A stretch of DNA of 39,288 bases from Thermoplasmata archaeon (GTDB taxonomy: Archaea; Thermoplasmatota; Thermoplasmata; Thermoplasmatales; ARK-15), in contig JAGDXR010000040.1 in NCBI GenBank assembly GCA_023261745.1, positions 4,682 to 43,969 of the forward strand, in the 5' to 3' direction. The notes below the pieces were generated by a model. That model was not told where the DNA came from. It saw only the letters and a list, made by a program, of their open reading frames with translations, and ran no database searches. A program made the translations under genes and the position numbers. Shown one piece after another: positions 19,129 to 27,203 of this stretch. Position 1 is the stretch's first letter. Every line of letters begins with the position of its first letter.

Positions 19129-19587
19129 TCACTTCAACGGAACATATTTTGAAGATCTCGTTGCACCAACCCCCGGCGCTGAATGCCTTACTTCCCTCCT
19201 TGTCAATACAAATTCTCCAAGGAAATGTCCAATCATCTCGGGTTTTATTTCAAATTCCTGATATTCTTTCCCATTGTATAACTGAACACGCTTCCCTACA
19301 AAATAGGGCAGTATGACTATGTCCCTCACATGTGTTTTAACGATATGTATTTCAGGATCCATAAGCTTCTTGAATAACTTGAGCTGTTCACTGTTCATTT
19401 CTCTTGAAAGTGATCTCCTTGCCCTCGCATTGAATATCTTTATTAAATCTTCAAGTTTCATGTTTTTTAATTCTTCAAGTGAATATCCCCTGTACTTGAA
19501 TTCCTTTGTCCTTTCAGTTGAAAGCTTCTGGGCCCTCCTCCTTTTGTTCGTCTGCCTCCTTTTCACATTAATCTTTTCTCCAGCCAT
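19129..19587 (-). CDS. rps19: 30S ribosomal protein S19 (uS19)
   Basis: EFKYRGYSLEELKNM...GKEYQEFEIKPEMIGHFLGEFVLTRREVRHSAPGVGATRSS; operon position. Confidence 0.93.
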   Translation of the reverse strand: MAGEKINVKRRQTNKRRRAQKLSTERTKEFKYRGYSLEELKNMKLEDLIKIFNARARRSLSREMNSEQLKLFKKLMDPEIHIVKTHVRDIVILPYFVGKRVQLYNGKEYQEFEIKPEMIGHFLGEFVLTRREVRHSAPGVGATRSSKYVPLK

Positions 19588-19592
19588 TCATT

Positions 19593-20297
19593 TCACCTCT
19601 CCCTCAATCTCTTTTTCTTTGGGGCTATCCTTCCCACCTTTCTGCCGGGTGGAGCGTTCTTTGACACTGTTGACGGCCTTCCAATATGCTGATGATTTCC
19701 ACCACCGTGCGGATGGTTAAAGGCATTCATTGCCACACCCCTGACAAAATAGGCCCTCTTTGATTTGCTCTGAAAGGCATGTATCTCATTACCCGCCTTG
19801 AGAAATGGCTTGTCCTTTCTGCCTGCACCGGCAACCATTCCTACTACCGCCCTACACCGGGGATCAAGCATCCTGAACTGCCCCGATGGCAGCTGAATGG
19901 TTGTCTTTTCACCATGTGACACTACTATAGCATAGGATCCCGCAGATCTTACCAGTCTTCCACCATCATTTGGAATCAGTTCAACATTGTGAATTATCGT
20001 GCCATCAGGAATGCTTCCCAGCGGAAGAACGTTTCCATCCTTTATTGGAACGGTATTTCCAACCTGTATTTTATCTCCAATTGAAATTCCTGAAGGTGCA
20101 AGAATATAATAATAATCCTTTCCAAATTTGACAGTGGCTATGGGTGCCGTATGAGCTGGATGATTTAAAATATCAACAATAACGCCTTCAGCATTTTCAA
20201 TATCTGGATGTTTTAAGTCCACATAATACCTGTGTGATGGTGCTCTGTATACAGAATGCCCGGATCCGCGTCTCCTAGTCTTTATTCTCTTACCCAT
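19593..20297 (-). CDS. rpl2: 50S ribosomal protein L2 (uL2)
   Basis: VAMNAFNHPHGGGNHQHIGRPSTV signature; operon position. Confidence 0.95.
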   Translation of the reverse strand: MGKRIKTRRRGSGHSVYRAPSHRYYVDLKHPDIENAEGVIVDILNHPAHTAPIATVKFGKDYYYILAPSGISIGDKIQVGNTVPIKDGNVLPLGSIPDGTIIHNVELIPNDGGRLVRSAGSYAIVVSHGEKTTIQLPSGQFRMLDPRCRAVVGMVAGAGRKDKPFLKAGNEIHAFQSKSKRAYFVRGVAMNAFNHPHGGGNHQHIGRPSTVSKNAPPGRKVGRIAPKKKRLRER

Positions 20298-20307
20298 CTA
20301 TATCACC

Positions 20308-20574
20308 TCAGAATATACCTATCCTTACGGCTATTTCATCCGCATTGAATTCAGGCCTTAATTTAACAAAGGCCTTTTTACCTTTCCTTGAATATAGAAC
20401 GTTTACACTTTCCACCTTTACTCCAAAAGCCCTTTCAACAGCCCATTTGATGTCCATTTTTGTTGCATCCCTTTTTACTATGAACGCCAGTTTGTTTTCC
20501 TTTTCTATCATAAACATCGTTTTTTCAGTTACGTATGGTTTTATTATTATTTCAAAAGGATTGTTCATTGTCAT
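20308..20574 (-). CDS. rpl23: 50S ribosomal protein L23 (uL23)
   Basis: [45 protein letters not shown]. The ATG at 20574 overlaps the rpl4 TGA (ATGA) and is preceded by GGGTGG. Confidence 0.9.
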   Translation of the reverse strand: MTMNNPFEIIIKPYVTEKTMFMIEKENKLAFIVKRDATKMDIKWAVERAFGVKVESVNVLYSRKGKKAFVKLRPEFNADEIAVRIGIF

Positions 20575-21335
20575 AATACCCACCCTTTGATATTTTCAAG
20601 CGCGCCCATCGTCATCACTACCAGCCTTCCTGCATGTGAACCTGGTGCAAGAATCTCTGCATTCAGATTTGTGGGTGTTACAATTTCAACACCCGGCAAA
20701 TTGTTCATGGCCTTCTTCAGATTCTCATCATTGTTGACAACAAATAATATGCTTTTTGGTGTGTAATATTTTCTTCCCCTGGATTTTCCCTTTCCGGCCC
20801 TTATCCTTGTCCCTCTTTTTGCCCTTTCAATATCGTTCTTTAAACCTAATTTATCTAAAACATTGATCAGAACATCCATATTGTTGATGTCCTCAAGCTT
20901 ATCTTCCATGACAACGGGCAGGGTTATATTTTCCGGAACTATGTGACCCCTCTTCTTAACCATATCCTTGTTTGCAGTCTGTGAAAGCGCCGAGAGCTTT
21001 GCAAGAAACCTCTCCTTTTTATTTACCTTTCTGTACCATTTTCTTTTCGTCGTAGGTCCGAAAACGTTTCTTCCTCCAACCATGTTGGTTGATATTACTC
21101 CTCTGTCACCATCCGCCACCCTGGGAACTCTGGACCTTCCATGATTTGGACCCCAGTTATGACCAACCCTTCTCATGCCCGTGAAATAATACATTCCATA
21201 GGGTTGCCTGGCATTTGACTGAAAACAGTGAACCACCCTCTTTATTATATCAGGCCTGTAAGGCATCTGAAATGCCCTGGGAAGCTCAATTTCTTCCTGA
21301 ACAGTTCCATCAATCCTGTAAACATTAATTTTCAT
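20571..21335 (-). CDS. rpl4: 50S ribosomal protein L4 (uL4)
   Basis: [31 protein letters not shown]; operon position. Confidence 0.93.
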   Translation of the reverse strand: MKINVYRIDGTVQEEIELPRAFQMPYRPDIIKRVVHCFQSNARQPYGMYYFTGMRRVGHNWGPNHGRSRVPRVADGDRGVISTNMVGGRNVFGPTTKRKWYRKVNKKERFLAKLSALSQTANKDMVKKRGHIVPENITLPVVMEDKLEDINNMDVLINVLDKLGLKNDIERAKRGTRIRAGKGKSRGRKYYTPKSILFVVNNDENLKKAMNNLPGVEIVTPTNLNAEILAPGSHAGRLVVMTMGALENIKGWVL

Positions 21336-21340
21336 TCAAT

Positions 21341-22360
21341 TTACACCCCCTGCTTTGATTCCATTGAAATGTATGAAACCTTTATTTCATTCTCCTCAAT
21401 ATTTGCAGAAGTTGGTCTTATGGGATCCCTGAACCTTACCAGTCTTTTGGAAGAACCTGGAATTGAACCATGGATCATTAGATACCCACCCGTTATTTTT
21501 CCATAATGTAAAAATCCACCCTTTGGAAGTATTTCCTCCTTCAGTTTCCCATTCTCATCGGGAAGAACTACCCTCAGAATTCTTTTATTGTATTCTGTTC
21601 TCTGCTGAAATCCCATCTGCCCCGCCATGGGGACAGTATACATTACCCAGTTTGGATGCCATGGACCAAGGGTCCCCACCAGCCTTCTGTGCTTCCTGTT
21701 TTTATGATGCAGAAGTTTTATTCCAAATCTTTTTATTGAACCCTGGAATCCCTTTCCCTTTGTGACGGCAATCACATCAACCAGTTTTCCAGCCCTGCTG
21801 AAATCCTTAAAGTTCAGCTCTTTCCCCATTTTGTCAATGGCATATTTAATTCTATCCTCGATCTTTCCTCCTCCAACACGCAGTTCAAAAATCTCTGGCC
21901 TCTTTTTAGGAACGCCTGAAATCCTGTATGGCTTTGTATAAACAATCAACCTGACTTCTTCTACGGATGCAATGTCTATTTCTTCAATTTTTATTTCCCT
22001 TATATTTTTTATCTTTGGTATCTTCCTGAAAATTTCTTTATCAACCTTTTCCGTCCAGAATTCCCTGTAAATCTGAAGACCGTAGGTTGTTTTCTTGTAA
22101 AGCCTCATACCTGCAACACCTATAGGCGGAACTTCAACAACAGTCACAGGCATGAAAATTTCCTGTCCTGAAGTATTGCTCTTTTTTCTCCAGTCTGTAA
22201 TAAGAACGTGCGTCATACCAACTTTGTATCCTGCAAATCCCTGTATCCTCGGACCTTCATCTATTTCAGGGTAGCTGTCTATATGAGGAACTATACTCCT
22301 AGCCCTCTTTCTTGGGTAAAAACCCATAGAACCATGTCTCCCATGATGCGGGGTCGCCAT
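21341..22360 (-). CDS. rpl3: 50S ribosomal protein L3 (uL3)
   Basis: HHGRHGSMGFYPRKRA..., FAGYKVGMTHV, VTKGKGFQGSIKRFG. AGGAGG lies upstream of the ATG. It is the first gene of the operon. Confidence 0.95.
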   Translation of the reverse strand: MATPHHGRHGSMGFYPRKRARSIVPHIDSYPEIDEGPRIQGFAGYKVGMTHVLITDWRKKSNTSGQEIFMPVTVVEVPPIGVAGMRLYKKTTYGLQIYREFWTEKVDKEIFRKIPKIKNIREIKIEEIDIASVEEVRLIVYTKPYRISGVPKKRPEIFELRVGGGKIEDRIKYAIDKMGKELNFKDFSRAGKLVDVIAVTKGKGFQGSIKRFGIKLLHHKNRKHRRLVGTLGPWHPNWVMYTVPMAGQMGFQQRTEYNKRILRVVLPDENGKLKEEILPKGGFLHYGKITGGYLMIHGSIPGSSKRLVRFRDPIRPTSANIEENEIKVSYISMESKQGV

Positions 22361-22465
22361 TAAATCATACCTCCTTTTTTAATCATCAACCGTGACACTT
22401 ACTGATGCAGCATAACGAACCGCACCAGTGCGGGATATATTTATCCCTGAGTGTCTGGTTTGATG

Positions 22466-22490
22466 AGCTTTATAACCTTTAAATACGTGC
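22466..22490 (-). promoter_or_regulatory. Candidate TATA/BRE region for the rpl3 ribosomal-protein operon
   Basis: The minus strand reads GCACGTATTTAAAGGTTATAAAGC, with two overlapping TATA-like boxes about 105-125 nt upstream of the rpl3 ATG. No other A/T box with this spacing lies in the 223-nt intergenic region. Confidence 0.35.
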
Positions 22491-22583
22491 AGTATAAAAA
22501 GGTTTTGGATATCCTCATTTTATCATTAATCCCATAATATTCAGTTTTACCTTTTATTACGATATGTTTGTATCTTAAAATTT

Positions 22584-23231
22584 TTATTTTTCCCTGAAAC
22601 CGTATTTCCCTTTCATGGGAACAAATGCCACATCCCCTAGATATTCCTTTATTATTTTATTATCCATCTTTGTTATTTTCAGTAATTGCTGATTGTAATT
22701 ATTTCCAACAGGTGCAAGTAAAATACCATTGTTATTCAGCTGTTTGATGAAATTTTCATTTATGACCGGAATACCGCATGTTATGATTATGCGATCATAA
22801 GGAGAAAATTCGGGTAAACCTCCAGACCCGTCCCGGTTAAACAGGAATATCCTTTCCCTGAAATTACAGTAATTTTTTATCTTTTCAATTGCGATTAAAT
22901 ACAGACTCCTGTCGATTTCAACAGAATATACATATCCATTTCTGGAAAGGGATGCCAGAAGACATGTGTTGTATCCCAGGCCAGTGCCAATCTCAAGAAT
23001 CTTATTACCGGGTTCAATATCGAGCAGTTCGAGCATCATGGCCACCATATGTGGCGCAGAAACCGTTTGACCGTTTAAAGTTGGTAACGGTTCATCTATA
23101 TAAGCTTCATTTTCAAATTCTGAAAGAACAAAATTTTTTCTGTCCACTCCAAGCATTGCTTCTTCTACTTCTTTCTTTTTAATGAAACCTTCATTTTTAA
23201 GATTTTCAATCAGTGTTTTCAGGTCCATCAT
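22584..23231 (-). CDS. pcm: Protein-L-isoaspartate O-methyltransferase
   Basis: GQTVSAPHMVAMMLELLDIEPGNKILEIGTGLGYNTCLLA (PIMT pre-region plus SAM motif I). Confidence 0.9.
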   Translation of the reverse strand: MMDLKTLIENLKNEGFIKKKEVEEAMLGVDRKNFVLSEFENEAYIDEPLPTLNGQTVSAPHMVAMMLELLDIEPGNKILEIGTGLGYNTCLLASLSRNGYVYSVEIDRSLYLIAIEKIKNYCNFRERIFLFNRDGSGGLPEFSPYDRIIITCGIPVINENFIKQLNNNGILLAPVGNNYNQQLLKITKMDNKIIKEYLGDVAFVPMKGKYGFREK

Positions 23232-23739
23232 GATATTTTCTTCTTATCCTGTAAACATAAATATAATGGAAAGACAATTTCATTTCACATATTCTTTCAA
23301 AGTTATACATGGAAAATTCTTCAATAATATTATCAATATCGTTGAATGAACTCAGTACAATATAAATTGTTCCATCTTCATTAAGATGGTCATATGCTTC
23401 CCTGAGAAATCTTTTTATTATTTCTGAACCGTTCTCTCCTCCATAAATTACAATATCCTCATCATAATCTCCAGGAAGATACGGTGGGTTGAATATTATG
23501 GTGTCATATTTTTCATTTATGTTTTCAAAAAGATCAGAAACAATGCACTTTATTTGCCATATTTCATTCTTTATATGGTTTATGCTTTCTATGTCAATAT
23601 CTGCTGCAGTTACATCATACCCCCTCTTAAAAAGCTCAATTGATATTATTCCTCTCCCTGCTCCCATCTCAAGTATTTTACCATTTGGTTCCACACAGTC
23701 CAACAATAAAAATGTATCCTCACCTGGTTCGTACAACAC
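23206..23739 (-). CDS. SAM-dependent methyltransferase with NPPY motif (HemK/PrmC-Mtq2-like N5-glutamine methyltransferase family)
   Basis: YEPGEDTFLLLD, motif I ILEMGAGRGIISIEL, and IIFNPPYLPGD. The start is set to GTG 23739 or TTG 23736, directly before the conserved YEPGEDT block. The 306-aa ORF-track version runs antisense into the neighbouring gene. Confidence 0.7.
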   Translation of the reverse strand: MLYEPGEDTFLLLDCVEPNGKILEMGAGRGIISIELFKRGYDVTAADIDIESINHIKNEIWQIKCIVSDLFENINEKYDTIIFNPPYLPGDYDEDIVIYGGENGSEIIKRFLREAYDHLNEDGTIYIVLSSFNDIDNIIEEFSMYNFERICEMKLSFHYIYVYRIRRKYHDGPENTD

Positions 23740-23744
23740 AAATT

Positions 23745-23775
23745 TTTTAAACTTATTTTTATATATATATTTTTG
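23745..23775. promoter_or_regulatory. Shared A/T-rich, TATA-repeat divergent promoter region
   Basis: TTTTTAAACTTATTTTTATATATATATTTTT lies between the divergent starts at 23739 (minus) and 23785 (plus). The TATATATATA core is about 23-26 nt from each start, consistent with leaderless transcripts. Confidence 0.4.
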
Positions 23776-23784
23776 GGTGGGCGG

Positions 23785-24420
23785 ATGTATATAAAATATC
23801 ATGGACATGCATGCTTTGAAATAGGCAACGGTAAAAGGGTAGTTTTTGATCCACATGATGGAAAAAGCATAGGTTTGCCTGTGCCGAATCCTACCGCAGA
23901 TCTGGTTTTCATTACACACGAACATTTTGATCATAATGCAACTTCTGTTGTCAGGGGAAATTTCAAAATTATCAGAAATCCAGCATCCGGAGAAGTGGAT
24001 GGAATACGATATGATTCCATTACAGAATATCATGACAACGATATGGGAAGGCAGAGAGGAACGGTTAATATATACAAAGTATATGTTGAAAATCTTTCCT
24101 TTGTGCATGTAGGAGACCTTGGACATATGCCAGATGAAAAGACAGTAAAATTCATGAAAAATGCGGATTTTATATTTCTTCCTGTAGGATCCGTATATAC
24201 AATAAATGGTGATCAGGCCGCTGAAGTGGTCGGTTTAACAAATCCAAAAGTTGCGGTTCCCATGCACTATTCGACTGCAAAAAGCAAACTTGGCCTGGAA
24301 TCATATGACAGGTTTTTGAAACATTTTAATAAGGATCAGGTGAAATTCGTGGGAAAGGAAAAGAAATTCAACAAAGAAGAAATAAATTCAAATAAAACGG
24401 AAATATGGGTTTTTGAATGA
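23785..24420 (+). CDS. UPF0173-type metal-dependent hydrolase (metallo-beta-lactamase fold)
   Basis: MYIKYHGHACFEI N-terminus and the metal motif ITHEHFDHN. The ATG at 23785 is preferred over the upstream start at 23773. Confidence 0.8.
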   Translation: MYIKYHGHACFEIGNGKRVVFDPHDGKSIGLPVPNPTADLVFITHEHFDHNATSVVRGNFKIIRNPASGEVDGIRYDSITEYHDNDMGRQRGTVNIYKVYVENLSFVHVGDLGHMPDEKTVKFMKNADFIFLPVGSVYTINGDQAAEVVGLTNPKVAVPMHYSTAKSKLGLESYDRFLKHFNKDQVKFVGKEKKFNKEEINSNKTEIWVFE

Positions 24421-24425
24421 TTTTA

Positions 24426-25082
24426 TCATATATTCAGCGCTTCCTCTATCCTCGAAACTTCAACAACCGTTGAATTGCTTCCTATATATGCCCCTTTGGA
24501 ATTTGCGATCATGGATGCACCTATGAAAATTGATCCAAAGTTAGCTGTAACAATGTATGCCGGTACACCAAAAACAGATGAAAGATACTTCAGTTCATCA
24601 TCATCAACCTGAGGATTTACAAGAAGGGCGTTTTTTGTTACCAGGGCAACGGAACCAACTGTGGGAATACCTCCTATCTTTCCCTTTAAAACCTCTACAT
24701 CAAGAATATCACCTATCAATTTTAAACTTTCATCGGAAAATCCTTCGTGTACAAGAGCTGCCTTGTCATTTGCCAGAATATCATTACCGATTGCATTAAG
24801 TTTATCTTCCAGAAATAATATGTTGTAATCATTTTTGAGAAATTCAACATCCTCCAGATCAGAAAAGTCAGGTAATATTATGCCGTGTGAATTTATAACA
24901 GTCAGGCTGCCTATTATGGGTGATCCGCCTATATATGTAAGATACGTTTCAACTCCTAATGACCTCTTTATATCATTTATTGAATTTTCCTCACAATCTT
25001 TGGGAAGCAATGCAATGTTTTCATTGGCTTTCGCATATACTCCTATATATGGGCTTCCCCTTATCTGCCCTTTTAACAACAT
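24426..25082 (-). CDS. eif6: Translation initiation factor 6 (aIF6/eIF6)
   Basis: Pentein repeats: GSPYIGVYAKANENIALLP, IGGSPIIGSLTVINSHGIILP, GIPTVGSVALVTKNALLV, GSIFIGASMIANSKGAYIG. Confidence 0.92.
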   Translation of the reverse strand: MLLKGQIRGSPYIGVYAKANENIALLPKDCEENSINDIKRSLGVETYLTYIGGSPIIGSLTVINSHGIILPDFSDLEDVEFLKNDYNILFLEDKLNAIGNDILANDKAALVHEGFSDESLKLIGDILDVEVLKGKIGGIPTVGSVALVTKNALLVNPQVDDDELKYLSSVFGVPAYIVTANFGSIFIGASMIANSKGAYIGSNSTVVEVSRIEEALNI

Positions 25083-25096
25083 TCAATACGACCTTA

Positions 25097-25357
25097 TCAC
25101 GGCAAATGGACTTCTACGAGCTCTTCCTCTGGAAATCGCAATATTTTTGCCTTTATTTCGCTAGGAGGCTTTTTTCTTCCTCTTTCCCATATCTTCTCAT
25201 TCAATAAAGGATCTATCCAAACTTTATCAGGATCAACCTTAAATTTCTTTGAAACATATAACCTAATAAAAGTAGCAACAGCATCGGATTTCCTGCTTCT
25301 AGGAACAGGTTTGATATCCCTGAGGGATATTGTGATCATGAATTCATTTTCTGCCAT
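25097..25357 (-). CDS. rpl31e: 50S ribosomal protein L31e
   Basis: ITISLRDIKPVPRSRKSDAVATFIRLYVSKKFK...WIDPLLNEKIWERGRKKPP. ATG at 25357 lies 4 nt after GGTGAT. The ORF-track GTG at 25366 is unlikely. Confidence 0.9.
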   Translation of the reverse strand: MAENEFMITISLRDIKPVPRSRKSDAVATFIRLYVSKKFKVDPDKVWIDPLLNEKIWERGRKKPPSEIKAKILRFPEEELVEVHLP

Positions 25358-25367
25358 TTTTATCACC

Positions 25368-25523
25368 TCATACCTTCATTTTATTCCTTCTCCAGTTTCT
25401 CCTATGCGAATGGGTTGTAAACTTCCTGTTTGTTTTCATCATGACCCATCCAGGAACTCTCCTGTTTCTTTTTACCATTTTTACAAGCCTGATTTTCCTT
25501 CCAAATGGTTTATTTCTTGCCAT
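25368..25523 (-). CDS. rpl39e: 50S ribosomal protein L39e, 51 aa (not in supplied ORF track)
   Basis: Hand translation: [51 protein letters not shown]. An in-frame alternative ATG at 25529 overlaps the upstream stop. Confidence 0.88.
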   Translation of the reverse strand: MARNKPFGRKIRLVKMVKRNRRVPGWVMMKTNRKFTTHSHRRNWRRNKMKV

Positions 25524-25525
25524 TT

Positions 25526-25876
25526 TCATCTCCTCTCTATCTTTATATCTCTACTTTTTTCAGTTAGCTTTGAAAGCAACATTTTTAATTCGTCATCCGT
25601 TATTATCCTGTTCAACCTTCCTATCTGAGCAAGATATATTATCTGGTTTTCAACTGCTTCAGCAAGCTCTGGTTTGACTAGCCTCACATTTGCCAGTCTC
25701 TGCCTGGCCTCTGTGGTGAGATATTGCCTCAATATCCTGCTTTTCTCTTCCTTTACAGCCTTTTCCTTTTCTTCTTCCTCTTCAGCTCGGGCTTGTTCGG
25801 CAAGGAGTTGAGCCATTTTCCTTCTCCTTATCTCTTCAAGCTCCTTATCCTCCTCGTCCATAACACTCACCCTCAA
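25526..25876 (-). CDS. PDCD5/TFAR19-like dsDNA-binding protein (archaeal DNA-binding protein family)
   Basis: [17 protein letters not shown]...[37 protein letters not shown]. It occupies the conserved slot between rps19e and rpl39e. Confidence 0.8.
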   Translation of the reverse strand: MRVSVMDEEDKELEEIRRRKMAQLLAEQARAEEEEEKEKAVKEEKSRILRQYLTTEARQRLANVRLVKPELAEAVENQIIYLAQIGRLNRIITDDELKMLLSKLTEKSRDIKIERR

Positions 25877-26307
25877 TTCTCTTTTTTTACTTCCTTGGAT
25901 TTTATGATCTCTTCCGCAAGTTTCTCAAGATATGAAATACCTTTGGGTGTTAATTTTCTACCTTCCTTTCCAACAGAAGTATATCCCAGTTTATCCAGTT
26001 CCTGTAAACATTTTCTTGTAATGTTCCTGCTACCCTTAACTGCATGATACCTCTTTGTACCCCTGTCCCTCTTTCCCCCATAGTCACTTGCTAACCTGGA
26101 TGTGCCTATCGGCCCCTTTATATACAATTTCCTGAATACGCTTGCCATTCTTGTATAATACCATTCATCCTGAACTGGCCCCGTCTCCCTGTGTGGACCG
26201 GTTTTAACCCATTTTACCCAGTCAGGAACTTTAACGTTCTCATTCTTCAACCTATCAGCTAGTACTTTTATAAATTCATCCGGATCAACATCATATACTG
26301 TAACCAT
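25873..26307 (-). CDS. rps19e: 30S ribosomal protein S19e
   Basis: MVTVYDVDPDEFIKVLADRLKNE...PDWVKWVKTGPHRE...WYYTRMASVFRKLYI. The ATG at 26307 lies about 28 nt downstream of CTTTATAAAT. The upstream 27 codons of the track ORF are discarded. Confidence 0.9.
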   Translation of the reverse strand: MVTVYDVDPDEFIKVLADRLKNENVKVPDWVKWVKTGPHRETGPVQDEWYYTRMASVFRKLYIKGPIGTSRLASDYGGKRDRGTKRYHAVKGSRNITRKCLQELDKLGYTSVGKEGRKLTPKGISYLEKLAEEIIKSKEVKKEN

Positions 26308-26397
26308 ACCTATCAACCTAATATTTTTGAATTTATAAAGTTTATCACAATCCTGTATAAGAAAATTTCGCAAATTAAAAAATATCAAAAAGACCAG

Positions 26398-26470
26398 TGG
26401 ACCGGCCGGGATTTGAACCCGGGGCCTTTTGCTTGCGAAGCAAACGATCTACCAGCTGATCTACCGGCCC
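26398..26470 (-). tRNA. tRNA-Ala (anticodon CGC), 73 nt, no intron, no encoded CCA
   Basis: Cloverleaf folded by hand: acceptor GGGCCGG/CCGGTCC with the G3:U70 identity pair; D-arm GATC/AGCTGGTA/GATC; anticodon arm TTTGC/TTCGCAA/GCAAA; variable AGGCC; T-arm CCGGG/TTCAAAT/CCCGG; discriminator A. Confidence 0.93.
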
Positions 26471-26925
26471 TCTTTTTCTGCATATTCTTCGGTATCAATA
26501 GAGGCCAGTAAATCGTTATTGTCAATCATGCTTAAAAAATTTTCATATAACCTTTTGGAATAATATACGAGTGTGGTTATTGTTTTGTCCTTTTCTTCAA
26601 GTTCTGAAAATGGTTTCAAATAATTCATCATGAGATTTTTCTTAAAATTATCAAAAAGTATGGTAAAATTTGGGTTTGCGGATAGTACAATCTGCCCCAT
26701 GTCCCTCTTTTTTTCTACGAGATTTATGTCCATAAGAATTGAAAGGCTTGCATATACCCGTGCTATGGAATATCCACTTTTATCAACTATCTCCTTAACA
26801 GTTAAAGGTTTTTCAGAAAAATAGAGAGTTGTATAAACTGTACTTGAACATTCATCAAGACCAAGATAAGAAACCATCTTTTTAAATAGGTTTTTAATCT
26901 CCTCCATCATAGATATATATAACAT
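26461..26925 (-). CDS. Winged-helix transcriptional regulator (TrmB/MarR-like HTH), start uncertain (26925, 26910 or 26907)
   Basis: wHTH-like segment STVYTTLYFSEKPLTVKEIVDKSGYSIARVYASLSILMDINLVEKKR. It is a small protein with a helical C-terminal half. Confidence 0.55.
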   Translation of the reverse strand: MLYISMMEEIKNLFKKMVSYLGLDECSSTVYTTLYFSEKPLTVKEIVDKSGYSIARVYASLSILMDINLVEKKRDMGQIVLSANPNFTILFDNFKKNLMMNYLKPFSELEEKDKTITTLVYYSKRLYENFLSMIDNNDLLASIDTEEYAEKEGR

Positions 26926-27083
26926 ACTTATTTATAAACATTATGCTATATGCTAACAAAGCTACTGAATCTCACCAAAACTTCGAATCCAGTTGCACTC
27001 ATGAAAAAATTTCATTGAACGATAAGGACCAACATGTTGATTTCAACCTGAAGTTGTGCAGAGTGTCTATATTCTGAATATCA

Positions 27084-27140
27084 GAGTTTCACTGCTTCCC
27101 TCAAACTTCTAACTTTTCTATAAAAACCAGAATTATATAA
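27084..27140 (+). repeat. Copy A of a ~57-nt duplicated module ending in ATTATATAA
   Basis: GAGTTTCACTGCTTCCCTCAAACTTCTAACTTTTCT matches 29125-29160 at 32 of 36 positions by hand alignment. Both copies are followed after 12-13 nt by the identical ATTATATAA. Confidence 0.8.
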
Positions 27141-27203
27141 TTTAAAATTTATTTTTTTAGACCATTTAATAAATAATTTATATGTATATTATTTATTAAA
27201 AAC

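Noticed and set aside
22401-22470. C/D-box-like words (CTGATGC, CCTGAG, TTGATGAG) and a possible riboswitch in the rpl3 upstream region
   Set aside because: There is no internal D'/C' pair and no correctly spaced D box after TGATGAG. There is no resemblance to the TPP or fluoride riboswitch cores that I could recognise.
23740-24126. N-terminal ~128 codons of the 306-aa minus-strand ORF 23206-24126
   Set aside because: This part runs antisense through the well-supported UPF0173 hydrolase gene. It has odd Cys/Ile/Phe-rich composition and precedes the conserved YEPGEDT N-terminal block of the methyltransferase. It is treated as a spurious upstream extension.
26308-26388. 27-codon upstream extension of rps19e and similar ORF-track extensions (rpl6 14696-14716, rpl31e 25358-25366, rpl29 18058-18072, ftsZ 1477-1485, adk 9448-9456)
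   Set aside because: In each case a downstream ATG with a GGTGAT/GGAGG-type Shine-Dalgarno or a TATA box at about -28 matches the conserved protein N-terminus.
26930-26945. ATAATGTTTA shared between the regulator-gene upstream region and the tnpB start (29044-29053), suggesting a second IS end
   Set aside because: It is a 10-nt A/T-rich match with no flanking similarity. In the first locus it reads in a different frame from the gene. It is judged coincidental.
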